Assembly (NCBI GenBank): GCA_045658315.1
Contig: JAZOUV010000006.1
Coordinates: forward strand, 27,094-91,093
Length of the DNA: 64,000 nucleotides
Direction: 5' to 3'
Source: Eubacteriales bacterium
Lineage (GTDB): Bacteria; Bacillota; Clostridia; Oscillospirales; CAG-272
Below the pieces are notes generated by a model. That model did not search any database, was not told the DNA's origin, and saw only the letters and a list, made by a program, of their open reading frames with translations. Of this stretch, positions 8,638 to 18,541 are shown one piece after another. The position numbers and the translations under genes were made by a program. Numbering within the stretch: position 1 is the stretch's first letter; every line of letters begins with the position of its first letter.

Positions 8638-11076
8638 ATGAAATTATCACTTAATTGGATAAAAGATTACGTAAAACTGCCCGAGAATACAGACCTTTCT
8701 CAGTTGGCTTTTGACCTGACTATGTCAACAGTCGAGGTTGAAGGTGTCCACGACCTCGGCAAACAGTTCGATAGGATTATAGTAGGTATAATTAAAGAGG
8801 TACAGCCTCACCCCAACGCAGACAAGCTCCGCGTATGCAAGGTTGATATCGGTACCGAAGAGATAAAGGATATCGTATGCGGCGGAAGCAATCTTGAAGC
8901 AGGTATGAAAGTTGTTGTTGCTTGTCCGGGTGCTATGGTACGTTGGCACGGCGAGGGGGAACCTGTTGAGATAAAGAACGCAAAGCTTCGCGGTGTTGCA
9001 AGCTTCGGTATGATATGTGCATCTGTAGAAGTAGGTCTTGCAGACCTTTTCCCGACGAAAGATGACCACGAGATTATGGACGTTACTTTCCTTGACGTTG
9101 CTGCGGGAACACCAATTGCAGACGCTCTCGACCTTAACGATATAATCCTCGAAATCGACAATAAATCTATGACGAACCGTCCTGACCTCTGGGGACATTA
9201 CGGTATCGCAAGAGAAATTGCGGCTCTTTATGACCTTCCCCTTGTTGAATTTGAAAAATACACCCCCGACACAACCGAAGAATACGATGTTCGCATTATC
9301 GACAGCGAAAAATGCCCCCGTTATATCGGTGCAAAAATTGAAGGACTCGGCATAAAGCCCTCTCCGTTTGAGATGCAGAGCCGTATCTGGCGTGTAGGTA
9401 TGCGTCCTATCAACGCTCTTGTTGATATTACAAACTACGTAATGTTGGCAATCGGGCAGCCGACCCACGTTTTTGATTCAAACCATATTATAGACCATAT
9501 TGAAGTTCGCCGTGCAAAAGAAGGCGAAAAACTTCAGCTTCTTAACGAGAAGGAACTTTCTCTCACAACCGACGACCTTGTAATTGCAGACGAAGAAGGT
9601 GCCGTTGCATTGGCGGGTGTTATGGGCGGAGCAAAAGATTCCGTACTTCCCGAAACAAACAGCGTTATACTCGAGGTTGCCAACTTTGATTCGCGTACAG
9701 TAAGAAGAACCGCACTCCGTTACGACAACAGAACAGAAGCATCTTCGCGTTATGAAAAGGCTATCGACCCCGAAAGATGCGATCTCGCACTATCAATGTC
9801 AATGCAGTTGTTTAAGGAACTGTATCCCAATATGAAAGTTACCGCTTTCAAGGACTTATACGTAAATAAGCTCACAAAGAAAGAAATAGCCGTTGATTTT
9901 GATTGGCTCGACAGACGTCTCGGTATGCGTATTCCGCAGGAAATCGTTGCAAGAAAGCTTGGAACGATGGGATATGAAGTGAACTTTACCGAAACGGGAA
10001 TGCATATTGTCGTTCCCACTTGGCGTTCAACAGGCGACGTATCTATTAAGGCAGACATTATGGAAGAGGTTGCCCGTATGTACGGTTACGAGAACTTCCA
10101 GCCGACACCTATTACAACATCTTTTGACAGTGCGATAAATCAGCTTGATATGGACCTTGTACGCAAGGTTAAAGAATATCTTGCTTTCCGTTGTAATATG
10201 CAGGAAATATTCACTTATCCATGGATGACAGATACTTTTGTAAATGCTATTCTCCCCAACACGGACGGCGTTCTGGCTCTGTCAACTCCCCCGTCTCCGA
10301 CAGAAAAATATATCCGTTCTACACTTCTTCCCAATATATGCAAGGCAATCGTAAAGAACGAACACTCTTTCGACGAATTTGCAATATTTGAAGAAGCACA
10401 GATATTTGCAGACAGAGATTACACTTCACCTTATGATGAGAAAGAAAAACTTCCCCATCAGCGTAAGCACCTCGGATGTGCTTTTGCGGGTAAGGCAGAC
10501 AACGTTGCCGAGCTGTTCCGACGTGCAAAAGGCGTTATTGGTATGATGCCCCGCTACACACACATGGAAGGCTTTACATTTAAGCGTGAAGAAAAACCCT
10601 ATTGGGCAGACGAGACAGTATGGGTAAATATATATCTTGGCGACAAGAAGATTGGTGATATAGCCCTTCTTTCAAGAAAAGCGGCGATGGAATGCGGTAT
10701 AAAAGTACTTTCTGCAGTTCTCGTTGAAATGGATATGGATTCATTCGTTCCGCTTAAGTCAAGAACGAATCGCTTCGTACCTATCCCCGAATTTCCCACA
10801 AACAACTTCGACCTTTCTTTCTTGGTTGATTCTATGGTTAAGTGGGAAGAGATATATGAAGCGGTAACAGGCAAAAAGACCGAAAATCTTCAGGATGTAC
10901 TGTTTGTTGACGAATACAAGGGCAAACAGGTTCCCGAAGGCAAGAAGTCTGTAACTATCCGTCTCGTAATCGGCTCTGACGAGAAGACTCTTACAAGTAC
11001 AGATATTGAAGCCGTCGCAAACAGTGCTATGAAAAAGCTCACAAAGCAGCTCGGAGTTGAATTCCGTACAGTTTAA
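8638..11076 (+). CDS. pheT: phenylalanine--tRNA ligase beta subunit
   Basis: N-terminal tRNA-binding (EMAP-like) domain, B3/4 and B5 domains, and a C-terminal anticodon-binding fold. 812 aa; starts 19 nt after pheS. Confidence 0.97.
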   Translation: MKLSLNWIKDYVKLPENTDLSQLAFDLTMSTVEVEGVHDLGKQFDRIIVGIIKEVQPHPNADKLRVCKVDIGTEEIKDIVCGGSNLEAGMKVVVACPGAMVRWHGEGEPVEIKNAKLRGVASFGMICASVEVGLADLFPTKDDHEIMDVTFLDVAAGTPIADALDLNDIILEIDNKSMTNRPDLWGHYGIAREIAALYDLPLVEFEKYTPDTTEEYDVRIIDSEKCPRYIGAKIEGLGIKPSPFEMQSRIWRVGMRPINALVDITNYVMLAIGQPTHVFDSNHIIDHIEVRRAKEGEKLQLLNEKELSLTTDDLVIADEEGAVALAGVMGGAKDSVLPETNSVILEVANFDSRTVRRTALRYDNRTEASSRYEKAIDPERCDLALSMSMQLFKELYPNMKVTAFKDLYVNKLTKKEIAVDFDWLDRRLGMRIPQEIVARKLGTMGYEVNFTETGMHIVVPTWRSTGDVSIKADIMEEVARMYGYENFQPTPITTSFDSAINQLDMDLVRKVKEYLAFRCNMQEIFTYPWMTDTFVNAILPNTDGVLALSTPPSPTEKYIRSTLLPNICKAIVKNEHSFDEFAIFEEAQIFADRDYTSPYDEKEKLPHQRKHLGCAFAGKADNVAELFRRAKGVIGMMPRYTHMEGFTFKREEKPYWADETVWVNIYLGDKKIGDIALLSRKAAMECGIKVLSAVLVEMDMDSFVPLKSRTNRFVPIPEFPTNNFDLSFLVDSMVKWEEIYEAVTGKKTENLQDVLFVDEYKGKQVPEGKKSVTIRLVIGSDEKTLTSTDIEAVANSAMKKLTKQLGVEFRTV

Positions 11077-11221
11077 TATCAGAGCAATAAACAATAACCG
11101 ACGAATGTGTGATATCCTTAACGGAGAATAGGAAAGGTTTTCAGTTCTTGTTAAGAACCAGCATCGCCTTTGTAAGTACAAATGCAGTTGGGCAGTAGCC
11201 CAATCCCACTAACAACAGAAA

Positions 11222-11265
11222 AGAGAAGATTCGTATGTTGCAACGAGTCTTCTCTTTCTTTTTGT
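11222..11265 (+). terminator. rho-independent terminator ending the pheST transcript (about 145 nt after the stop)
   Basis: 12-bp stem AGAGAAGATTCG/CGAGTCTTCTCT (one G-U pair), followed by TTCTTTTTG. Confidence 0.8.
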
Positions 11266-11271
11266 CTATTA

Positions 11272-11421
11272 AGTGATATGCTGACTAAAGTCAGCGTGAT
11301 TTTTTCGCGTTCGCGAAAGTGATATTAAGCCCGTTTGGCTTAGTGATATTCTATTCGTCCCAAACTCGCGTAGCGAATATCACTCGGCATAAGCCGAATA
11401 TCACTGCTAAGCAATATAACT
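11272..11421. repeat. array of AGTGATAT(T) octamers (direct) and AATATCACT (inverted), each separated by a different mini-hairpin
   Basis: Direct copies at 11272, 11318 and 11342, plus a degenerate GTGATTT at 11296. Inverted copies at 11376 and 11397, plus a degenerate AATATAACT at 11413. The spacers are palindromes: GCTGAC/GTCAGC, TTCGCG/CGCGAA, AAGCC/GGCTT, CGGC/GCCG, GCT/AGC. Confidence 0.8.
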
Positions 11422-11520
11422 CGCCGTTAGGCTAATAGAGTTCAAACATCCCCCCACTATGCATTGCACAGAAGTTGCATTCCCTGCAAAATACCGCTTT
11501 TTTTGAGTAAATATAAGCAA

Positions 11521-11563
11521 AATCCTCTTTATTTTCAAAAAAAGAGGATTTTTTTATTTTTTT
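11521..11563 (+). terminator. rho-independent terminator closing the orphan region upstream of the dgt-like gene
   Basis: 10-bp stem AATCCTCTTT/AAAGAGGATT followed by TTTTTTATTTTTTT. Confidence 0.75.
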
Positions 11564-11616
11564 GCGTATATTATATATACAAAGTTGGTTTTGGATAGGC
11601 TGAGGTGAAGTATTTT

Positions 11617-12618
11617 ATGGAAAATATCCGTGAATATATGTATGCACGAGAAAAGGGTGCTTTGTCGGAATTTGCTTTTTTAACAGAGAACACAAAAGGC
11701 AGAGAAGTACCTATTCCCCCCTGCCCGATTCGCACCGAATTTGGACGCGACAGAGATAGAATAACCCACAGCAAAGCCTTCCGCCGTCTTATGCATAAGA
11801 CTCAGGTATTCTTAGGTCCCGAGGACGACCACTACAGAACACGAATGTCGCACACTCTTGAGGTTACACAAATTGCACGTACAATAGCAAGAGCATTAAG
11901 ACTTAACGAAGACTTAACCGAAGCTATCGCTTTGGGACACGATTTGGGACACACGCCATTTGGACATGCGGGAGAACGAGTTCTGCAAAAATGCTATTCA
12001 CCCTATTTTTCCCATTACAAACAAAGCTTAAGAGTTGTAGAAAAGCTTGAAAACGACGGTCTGGGACTTAACTTAACGTGGGAAGTACGTGACGGTATCG
12101 TGAATCATACGGGAGACCACATGGCGTCAACTTTAGAAGGCGTTATAGTTAAATTCGCCGACAGAATAGCTTATATAAACCACGATATCGATGATGCGGA
12201 AAGAGCAAAAATACTCAGCACCGAAGATATTCCCTCAGAGCTTCGCGAGATACTCGGTACAAACAGCAGTGCAAGAATTGCACGTATGGTTGAATCCGTG
12301 GTACAAAGCAGTGAGGGCAAAAATGCCATAACTATGGAACCCGCCGTACAAGATGCCACAAACAAGCTCCGCAAATTTCTTTTTGATACAGTCTATACCA
12401 ACCCAAAGGCGAAAGGCGAAGAAATCAAGGTAGAGGCAATGCTTGGCAGAATGTATGAGCATTTTGTAAAACACCCCGAAGAGCTTGGAGATGAACTGAA
12501 AAAGAATATTGAGCTTGAAGGCGTTGAAAGGGTCGTGTGCGATTATATTGCGGGTATGACCGACAGATATGCCTTGAACAAGTATAAAGATATTTTTTTA
12601 CCGAAGATGTGGAAATAA
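11617..12618 (+). CDS. dGTP triphosphohydrolase-like HD-domain protein
   Basis: FGRDRDRITHSKAFRRL, SHTLEV and LGHDLGHTPFGH (HD motif) match the Dgt subfamily 2 pattern. ATG 11617 is preferred over GTG 11605 because GAGGTGAAG lies 7 nt upstream of it. Confidence 0.85.
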   Translation: MENIREYMYAREKGALSEFAFLTENTKGREVPIPPCPIRTEFGRDRDRITHSKAFRRLMHKTQVFLGPEDDHYRTRMSHTLEVTQIARTIARALRLNEDLTEAIALGHDLGHTPFGHAGERVLQKCYSPYFSHYKQSLRVVEKLENDGLGLNLTWEVRDGIVNHTGDHMASTLEGVIVKFADRIAYINHDIDDAERAKILSTEDIPSELREILGTNSSARIARMVESVVQSSEGKNAITMEPAVQDATNKLRKFLFDTVYTNPKAKGEEIKVEAMLGRMYEHFVKHPEELGDELKKNIELEGVERVVCDYIAGMTDRYALNKYKDIFLPKMWK

Positions 12619-12656
12619 TTTTGATTTTTATAACAACGTAAAAAGGAGGAGAGAAT

Positions 12657-14408
12657 ATGGCAATGAGAATACCGCATGCAGTTATCGAAGAGATAAAATT
12701 TCGGAACGATATCGAATCGGTAGTTTCGTCTTACGTCAACCTAAAACCCGCAGGCTCAAACCTTATTGGACTTTGCCCTTTTCACAGCGAAAAAACTCCC
12801 TCTTTTACTGTCTTCAAAAACACTCAGACCTGTTACTGCTTCGGCTGCGGCTCGGGCGGAGACGTCGTTACCTTTATAATGAAAATGGAAAACCTTGATT
12901 ACGTTGGTGCGTTGGAATTTCTTGCAAAACGTGTCGGTCTTACCATCCCACGCGATTCCGCCGACGAACAAAGACAGGTTCGCTCCGCAAGAATACTCGA
13001 AATGAACAAAGTAGCAGCAAAGTTTTTCCATTCCTCACTACTTGCCCCCGAGGGCAAAGAAGCTCTTGCATATCTACAAAAACGCAAATTCCCCCCCTCT
13101 CTTATAAAGCGTTTCGGTTTGGGTTATTCCCCCAACAGCTTCAATGCATTGATGAACCACTTAAAAGAAAAGGGCTTTACCGAAAAAGAAATGGTTTCGG
13201 GCTTTCTTTGCGGCATAAGCAAAAAAACAGGCAAACCCTTTGACCTTTTCAGAAACAGAGTTATCATTCCTATCATAGACACAAAAGGCGATGTTATAGC
13301 CTTCGGCGGACGTGTTCTCGACGATTCGTTGCCTAAATATCTCAATTCAAGCGATACGCCCGTTTTCAAAAAATCAAAAAATCTGTTTGCCTTGAACTAT
13401 GCACGTAAAGAATGTGCCGACAGAATAATCCTTTGTGAAGGTTATATGGACGTTATTGCACTTCACGGTGCCGGCTTTTCAAACGCCGTCGCAACGTTGG
13501 GTACGGCAATAACTCCCGAGCAAGCACGTATTATGGAGCGTTACACCAAAAGCGTTGTTATCGCATACGACAGCGACGAAGCAGGCCAACGTGCTGCCGA
13601 CAAAGCGTTCAAGCTTCTCGGCGAGGTCGGTCTCGACGTTAAAATACTCAAAATAACGGGTGCAAAAGACCCCGATGAGTACATAAAAAAATTCGGTCCC
13701 GAAAGATTCAGACGCTTGCTCGATGAAAGCAAGACCCATTTTGATTTCAAATTTGAATCAATTCTCTCCAAATATGATATTACGCAAACTCCCGAAAAGC
13801 TTAAAGCCGTAAACGAAATTGCCGAAATAATCTCCAAGGTTAATTCCGCTGTCGAACGCGAAGTATATATCGGTAAAGTTGCGGAGAAATTAGAAGTCAC
13901 CAAGACAAGCATTAAATACGATGTTGATAAAAAAACAAAAAAACAAAGCCGTGAACGCCAAAAAGACGAGAGCCGTAAAATAATGCTCGAATCGGCAGGC
14001 TTTGGCGACAGGATCAACCCCGATTACGCAAAAAACGTAAGGGCAGCATCTGCTGAAGAGTCCATAATCAGTATCATTCTCACATATCCTGAGCTTTTAA
14101 AAAAAATAAAGGACGGAACATACAAGCTGTCTGCCGAAGATTTCTTTACCAAATTCGGAAAAAGAATATTTGAAAAAGCATTGGAATTGTACGAAGAGAG
14201 CTCATCTTTTGACTACGGTATGCTGGGAAGTGAATTTACAGCCGACGAAATGGGAAGAATAACAGCTATCGTCTTAAAAAGAAACAATCTGTCCCAAAAC
14301 GGCGAAAAAGAACTCGTTGACTGTATAAATGTTCTGAAAAACGAGAAAACCAAGCAAACCGCAAGTATTACCGATATTATTAACGCAAAAAGAAATGAAA
14401 ATAAATAA
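12657..14408 (+). CDS. dnaG: DNA primase
   Basis: Zinc-ribbon CPFHSEKTPSF...CFGCG, a TOPRIM domain (EGYMDV, DSDEAG) and a C-terminal helicase-interaction region. Confidence 0.95.
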   Translation: MAMRIPHAVIEEIKFRNDIESVVSSYVNLKPAGSNLIGLCPFHSEKTPSFTVFKNTQTCYCFGCGSGGDVVTFIMKMENLDYVGALEFLAKRVGLTIPRDSADEQRQVRSARILEMNKVAAKFFHSSLLAPEGKEALAYLQKRKFPPSLIKRFGLGYSPNSFNALMNHLKEKGFTEKEMVSGFLCGISKKTGKPFDLFRNRVIIPIIDTKGDVIAFGGRVLDDSLPKYLNSSDTPVFKKSKNLFALNYARKECADRIILCEGYMDVIALHGAGFSNAVATLGTAITPEQARIMERYTKSVVIAYDSDEAGQRAADKAFKLLGEVGLDVKILKITGAKDPDEYIKKFGPERFRRLLDESKTHFDFKFESILSKYDITQTPEKLKAVNEIAEIISKVNSAVEREVYIGKVAEKLEVTKTSIKYDVDKKTKKQSRERQKDESRKIMLESAGFGDRINPDYAKNVRAASAEESIISIILTYPELLKKIKDGTYKLSAEDFFTKFGKRIFEKALELYEESSSFDYGMLGSEFTADEMGRITAIVLKRNNLSQNGEKELVDCINVLKNEKTKQTASITDIINAKRNENK

Positions 14409-14434
14409 AATTCATATAAACAGGAGAAAAAATC

Positions 14435-15736
14435 ATGGTTGAAGAAAAGAAAAAAGAAACCAAGAAGAAGGCAAAAAAGGTCGAAGCCGAAGATATGAGT
14501 GCAGAAGACCTTGAAAAAATGGCAGATGCCCTTCTTGAAGAACAACCCAAAAAGAAAAAATCGACCAAGAAAAAAACAGAAGAACCCGAAGAGACCGAAG
14601 TAAGAGACGAAACCTCTTCTGAAAACACCGAAAACGCCGAAAAGAGCGAAAAGAAATTTAGCCTCAAGGATATTGTTGAAAAAGCTAAGATAAAGGGCTC
14701 GATATCTAATGCGGAAATTATGGAAGAGCTTGAAGATGTTGATTACGACCTTGAACAGATCGAAAAGCTTTACGAGGCTCTTGAATCCTCAGGCGTTGAA
14801 GTTACCGGTTATCTTGACAACCCCGAATTTGACGACGAGATCCAAACCGAAGTAGAACAGTACGAAAGTGCTGAAGATATGGAAAAGATGCTCTCGCAGG
14901 AAGGGCTTGCAATTGACGACCCCGTAAGAATGTATCTTAAAGAAATCGGTAAAGTTCCCCTTCTTGATGCCGCACGCGAGCTTGAGCTTGCAGAGCTTAT
15001 GGCAAACGGAAACGAAGTGGCAAAAAAGGAACTTGTAGAATCCAACCTTCGCCTTGTTGTAAGTATTGCAAAACGTTACGTGGGCAAGGGCATGTTTTTC
15101 CTCGACCTTATCCAGGAGGGCAACCTCGGTCTTATGAAGGCTGTTGAAAAGTTCGACTACCGTAAAGGATATAAATTCTCCACATATGCAACATGGTGGA
15201 TAAGACAGGCTATTACCCGTGCTATTGCTGACCAGGCAAGAACTATCAGAATTCCCGTGCACATGGTTGAAACAATACACAAGGTGAGCAGAATTTCTCG
15301 TCAGCTTCTCCAGGAAAACGGACATGAAGCTACTCCCGATGAAATCGCCGCAGTTATGGGTATGAGTGCGGAAAAAGTCAGAGAAATCATGAAGATAGCT
15401 CAGGACCCCGTATCCCTCGAAACACCTATCGGCGAGGAAGAGGACAGCCACCTCGGCGACTTTATTCCCGACGATGCATCACCTGCTCCCGCAGATGCCG
15501 CATCCTATACACTTCTCCGCGAACAGCTTAACGAAGTTCTCAAAACGCTTACCCCGAGAGAAGAAAGTGTACTCAAGCTCCGTTTCGGTCTTGACGACGG
15601 CAGAACACGCACGCTTGAAGAGGTCGGAAAAGAGTTTAACATCACTCGTGAACGTATCCGTCAGATAGAGGCAAAAGCCTTGCGTAAGCTCCGTCACCCC
15701 AGTCGTTCAAAAAGACTTCGTGATTATCTTGAATAA
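14435..15736 (+). CDS. sigA: primary RNA polymerase sigma factor with a Lys/Glu-rich N-terminal extension
   Basis: Region 2 ([12 protein letters not shown]), region 3 and region 4.2 ([20 protein letters not shown]). Strong RBS AGGAGA before ATG 14435. Sits in a dgt-dnaG-sigA operon context. Confidence 0.95.
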   Translation: MVEEKKKETKKKAKKVEAEDMSAEDLEKMADALLEEQPKKKKSTKKKTEEPEETEVRDETSSENTENAEKSEKKFSLKDIVEKAKIKGSISNAEIMEELEDVDYDLEQIEKLYEALESSGVEVTGYLDNPEFDDEIQTEVEQYESAEDMEKMLSQEGLAIDDPVRMYLKEIGKVPLLDAARELELAELMANGNEVAKKELVESNLRLVVSIAKRYVGKGMFFLDLIQEGNLGLMKAVEKFDYRKGYKFSTYATWWIRQAITRAIADQARTIRIPVHMVETIHKVSRISRQLLQENGHEATPDEIAAVMGMSAEKVREIMKIAQDPVSLETPIGEEEDSHLGDFIPDDASPAPADAASYTLLREQLNEVLKTLTPREESVLKLRFGLDDGRTRTLEEVGKEFNITRERIRQIEAKALRKLRHPSRSKRLRDYLE

Positions 15737-15838
15737 GATACTCTTTGCTGTTTTATTAAAACGTAAATGATAATATTATTGTTTATACTCAGTTAATATC
15801 TCTTTTACAAATTTTAATCAGGACAGCAGAAAATAACC

Positions 15839-15867
15839 TTGACATATTTTTGCGATTACGCTATAAT
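15839..15867 (+). promoter_or_regulatory. consensus sigmaA-type promoter
   Basis: TTGACA (15839-15844), 17-nt spacer, TATAAT (15862-15867). Lies upstream of the lipoprotein gene. Confidence 0.7.
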
Positions 15868-15952
15868 ATATGTTGTATGTTTAAATTCTTCTCAGGATAT
15901 TTGAATCATATATTACAATAATAATTTTTCGCACATTTAGGAGGAAAAAACA

Positions 15953-17785
15953 ATGAAAAGATCATTGTTGGCATTGTTGTTGGCACTTGTTATGTGTCTG
16001 TCTCTCTTCTGTGTCAGCTGTTCATCCAGCGACGAGGAAAATCCCGACACATTGAAGCCGGAAGCTGAAATCGACGCTATGACAATCACACTTTACGCTC
16101 CCACCAAGGCTACGACCAAACAGGAGCAAGTGGATTTGGTTCAAGAAGCTTTCAACACCATTACTGAATCAAAATTCAACACACACGTTGTACTCAAGCT
16201 TATACCCGAAGATGAGTATGAAGCTACTATCACAAACACACTTGAAAAAATTCATAAACAGATAGAAGAAGAAGAGTCATTGGAGGAATCACGTCTTCAG
16301 GCAGAAAAAGAAGCCCGCGAAGAAGGTAAAGAACTCCCCAAGGAGACCTATGCCGAAACAGAGGAAAAAGAAGAACTCGAAACTCCCGAGCTCTCTTATC
16401 CCGAAGCAAAAGAAAACCAGATGGATATCTTTTTGGTAAATTCTTTTGAAACATACTACAATTTGGCAGTTGCAGGCGACCTCTCTCCCATCGACCAAGA
16501 GCTCAGCGAAAATTCAAAGCTTCTTGCTTCATATATTTACCCCTACCTACTTCGTGCAGCAAAGGTAGATGGCTCTACATACGGCGTATTCAACAATACG
16601 GTATTCGGCGATTACGAATATCTGCTTCTTAACAAAGAGCTTGTTGACAAATACGAATACGATCCCGAAGAAATGAGCAATATTGATTCAATATCCCTCT
16701 TCCTTAAGGAAATCAAGCAAAATGAAGCTGACGTTGTTCCTTTCCTCGGTGAAATCGAAGCTCCCGTTGTTTATTGGGATGATACTCCTTCCGTTATCGG
16801 TGCTTTTGTAGGTGATGCGTTTTCTTCCTCGGGTAAGGTTGACGCTACATCCTACCGTCCCGATGCTCTTTATCCCGGAAACTTGTTGAGCAATTCCTCT
16901 TTCAGAGAATGGATGACCACTTACAATGAACTCTACCAGGCGGACTGCATTGTTGCAAAAACAGAAGAAAACAAAGATGCTAAATTTGCCGCTACAATTA
17001 TTGAAGGTGACGTAACCCTTTCTCCCACATTTGCTGATACATACGGCAACTATAAGACCGATAAATTCGGATTCAAGTACATTACAGATGAAAACGGCGT
17101 TGACTACTATGTTTCTGTTTACAGAAGACCTTTGGCAGACAACTCCAACGTATTTAATGCAGGCTATGTTGTAAGTGCTTATACGGAAGATGTTGCACGT
17201 TGCATGGAAGTAATCACCGCACTTAACACCGACGCTGCTCTCAGCAACCTCTTTATGTATGGCGTTAAGGATACACATTACTCCGTCGATGAAGCTACAA
17301 AACTTGTTCACAAGACAACAGATACCTACGCTATGGACATCTCCACTATTGGTAATATCTACTTGCTCCAGCCTTCAGACGATATGGACGAATATTGGCA
17401 GTCTATGAGTAAAAACGGTTGGGAAAACGCAAAGAACACTAACCGCGAAGCTATTATGAGCCCGTTCCTCGGTTTCTACTTCAATCCCGAAAAACCGCTT
17501 GAAGAAGACCTTATTGAAAATCAGGTAATGCCTGAACTTCCATTTAAGGCTCTTTATGCAGAAGCCGTTAAGCGTTCTCAGCCTATCCTCAACGAGCTTT
17601 ACACCTACAGAGATGATCCTGCAGTTCCCGATATGACGTTTGACCGCAAAATACTTGCTACAAGAAATACTGTTAGCGAAGACGAGCTCTTCGACCAGTT
17701 CTGCGACTACAAGAAGGGTGTATACTATATGCTCACTCCCTATAATGAATGGTATCAGACGCATTATAACGTATCGCTCGATTAA
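15953..17785 (+). CDS. lipoprotein, extracellular solute-binding-protein-like (orphan)
   Basis: Signal peptide plus lipobox (LSLFCVS-C). The large periplasmic-binding-protein-like body carries an acidic coiled insert (EEEESLEESRLQAEKEAREEGKE...). No permease or ATPase genes are adjacent. Confidence 0.6.
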   Translation: MKRSLLALLLALVMCLSLFCVSCSSSDEENPDTLKPEAEIDAMTITLYAPTKATTKQEQVDLVQEAFNTITESKFNTHVVLKLIPEDEYEATITNTLEKIHKQIEEEESLEESRLQAEKEAREEGKELPKETYAETEEKEELETPELSYPEAKENQMDIFLVNSFETYYNLAVAGDLSPIDQELSENSKLLASYIYPYLLRAAKVDGSTYGVFNNTVFGDYEYLLLNKELVDKYEYDPEEMSNIDSISLFLKEIKQNEADVVPFLGEIEAPVVYWDDTPSVIGAFVGDAFSSSGKVDATSYRPDALYPGNLLSNSSFREWMTTYNELYQADCIVAKTEENKDAKFAATIIEGDVTLSPTFADTYGNYKTDKFGFKYITDENGVDYYVSVYRRPLADNSNVFNAGYVVSAYTEDVARCMEVITALNTDAALSNLFMYGVKDTHYSVDEATKLVHKTTDTYAMDISTIGNIYLLQPSDDMDEYWQSMSKNGWENAKNTNREAIMSPFLGFYFNPEKPLEEDLIENQVMPELPFKALYAEAVKRSQPILNELYTYRDDPAVPDMTFDRKILATRNTVSEDELFDQFCDYKKGVYYMLTPYNEWYQTHYNVSLD

Positions 17786-17802
17786 TAACACTTAAAACCA
17801 TA

Positions 17803-17836
17803 AAAAGCCCTTCAAAAAAGGGCTTTTGTTTTTTCA
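17803..17836 (+). terminator. rho-independent terminator
   Basis: AAAAGCCC / GGGCTTTT stem followed by a T-run. Confidence 0.75.
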
Positions 17837-17860
17837 AGTTATTTTTTTGTCATACGCAAC

Positions 17861-17891
17861 ATAAAAGCCCGACGGTTTTTGTCGTCGGGCT
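17861..17891 (-). terminator. rho-independent terminator of rplS
   Basis: AGCCCGACG/CGTCGGGCT stem with a U-run on the minus strand. Starts 14 nt after the rplS stop. Confidence 0.75.
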
Positions 17892-17904
17892 TTTCTTGCT
17901 TTGC

Positions 17905-18249
17905 TTAGTCAATAAGCTCCTTAACCTTGGAATCTTTACCAACCTTGTCGCGGAGATAATAAAGCTTAGCACGTCTTACTTTACCAGTTCTTGTAATCTC
18001 TACCTTTTCAACGTTAGGAGAGTGAACGGGGAAAGTCTTTTCAACAGCTACACCGTAAGAAATGCGGCGTACTGTGAATGTTTCGGAAATACCGCCGCCA
18101 TGACGGGCAATGATAGTTCCTTCGAAAATCTGAATTCTTTCTTTGTTACCTTCCTTAATTCTGTTGTGAACCTTAACGGTATCACCGATGTTAAGTACAG
18201 GTACGTTTTCTTTAAGCTGATCGTTTGTAAAAGCCTTTACCATATCCAT
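17905..18249 (-). CDS. rplS: 50S ribosomal protein L19
   Basis: The sequence ([36 protein letters not shown]) is characteristic of L19. Start set to ATG 18249, which follows TAAGGAGGAAG. The ORF-track start at 18282 adds 11 unsupported residues. Confidence 0.95.
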   Translation of the reverse strand: MDMVKAFTNDQLKENVPVLNIGDTVKVHNRIKEGNKERIQIFEGTIIARHGGGISETFTVRRISYGVAVEKTFPVHSPNVEKVEITRTGKVRRAKLYYLRDKVGKDSKVKELID

Positions 18250-18541
18250 AGTGGCTTCCTCCTTAAATATACGAACGTTCATGCACAGCTAATACAGAGG
18301 ACCGTCCAAAGATAATGCTCCCTACACAGAGAGTCTATGGTATTATACCATATTTTTTGGAAATTTCAAGCTCACATCACATTTTTTACACTTTATTCAC
18401 ATTTGCCCCTTTTTCAATCTTTTTATTCGTCAAAAATACTCTTGTATATTTAATTATAATATGTTATAATAATCAGGATTAGATATATATTGTCATTTTG
18501 GGACACCTATATAAAACAGATTATTACTGCGGAGGGTAAAT

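Noticed and set aside
8725-9468. 247-aa minus-strand ORF and several other 60-220-aa antisense or out-of-frame ORFs inside pheT, thrC, tig, ftsH, sigA, lepB, rny and others
   Set aside because: All are nested in strongly supported genes on the other strand or frame. They show no motifs and are typical shadows in an AT-rich genome.
11272-11421. Possible CRISPR array
   Set aside because: The repeats are only 8-9 nt with 7-25-nt spacers and mixed orientation, and no cas genes are present. This is not CRISPR.
17896-18315. 139-aa + strand ORF
   Set aside because: Antisense to rplS.
18250-18340. Possible L19 (rplS) autoregulatory leader
   Set aside because: The position is right, but I cannot verify the conserved structure by eye. 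It is left uncalled.
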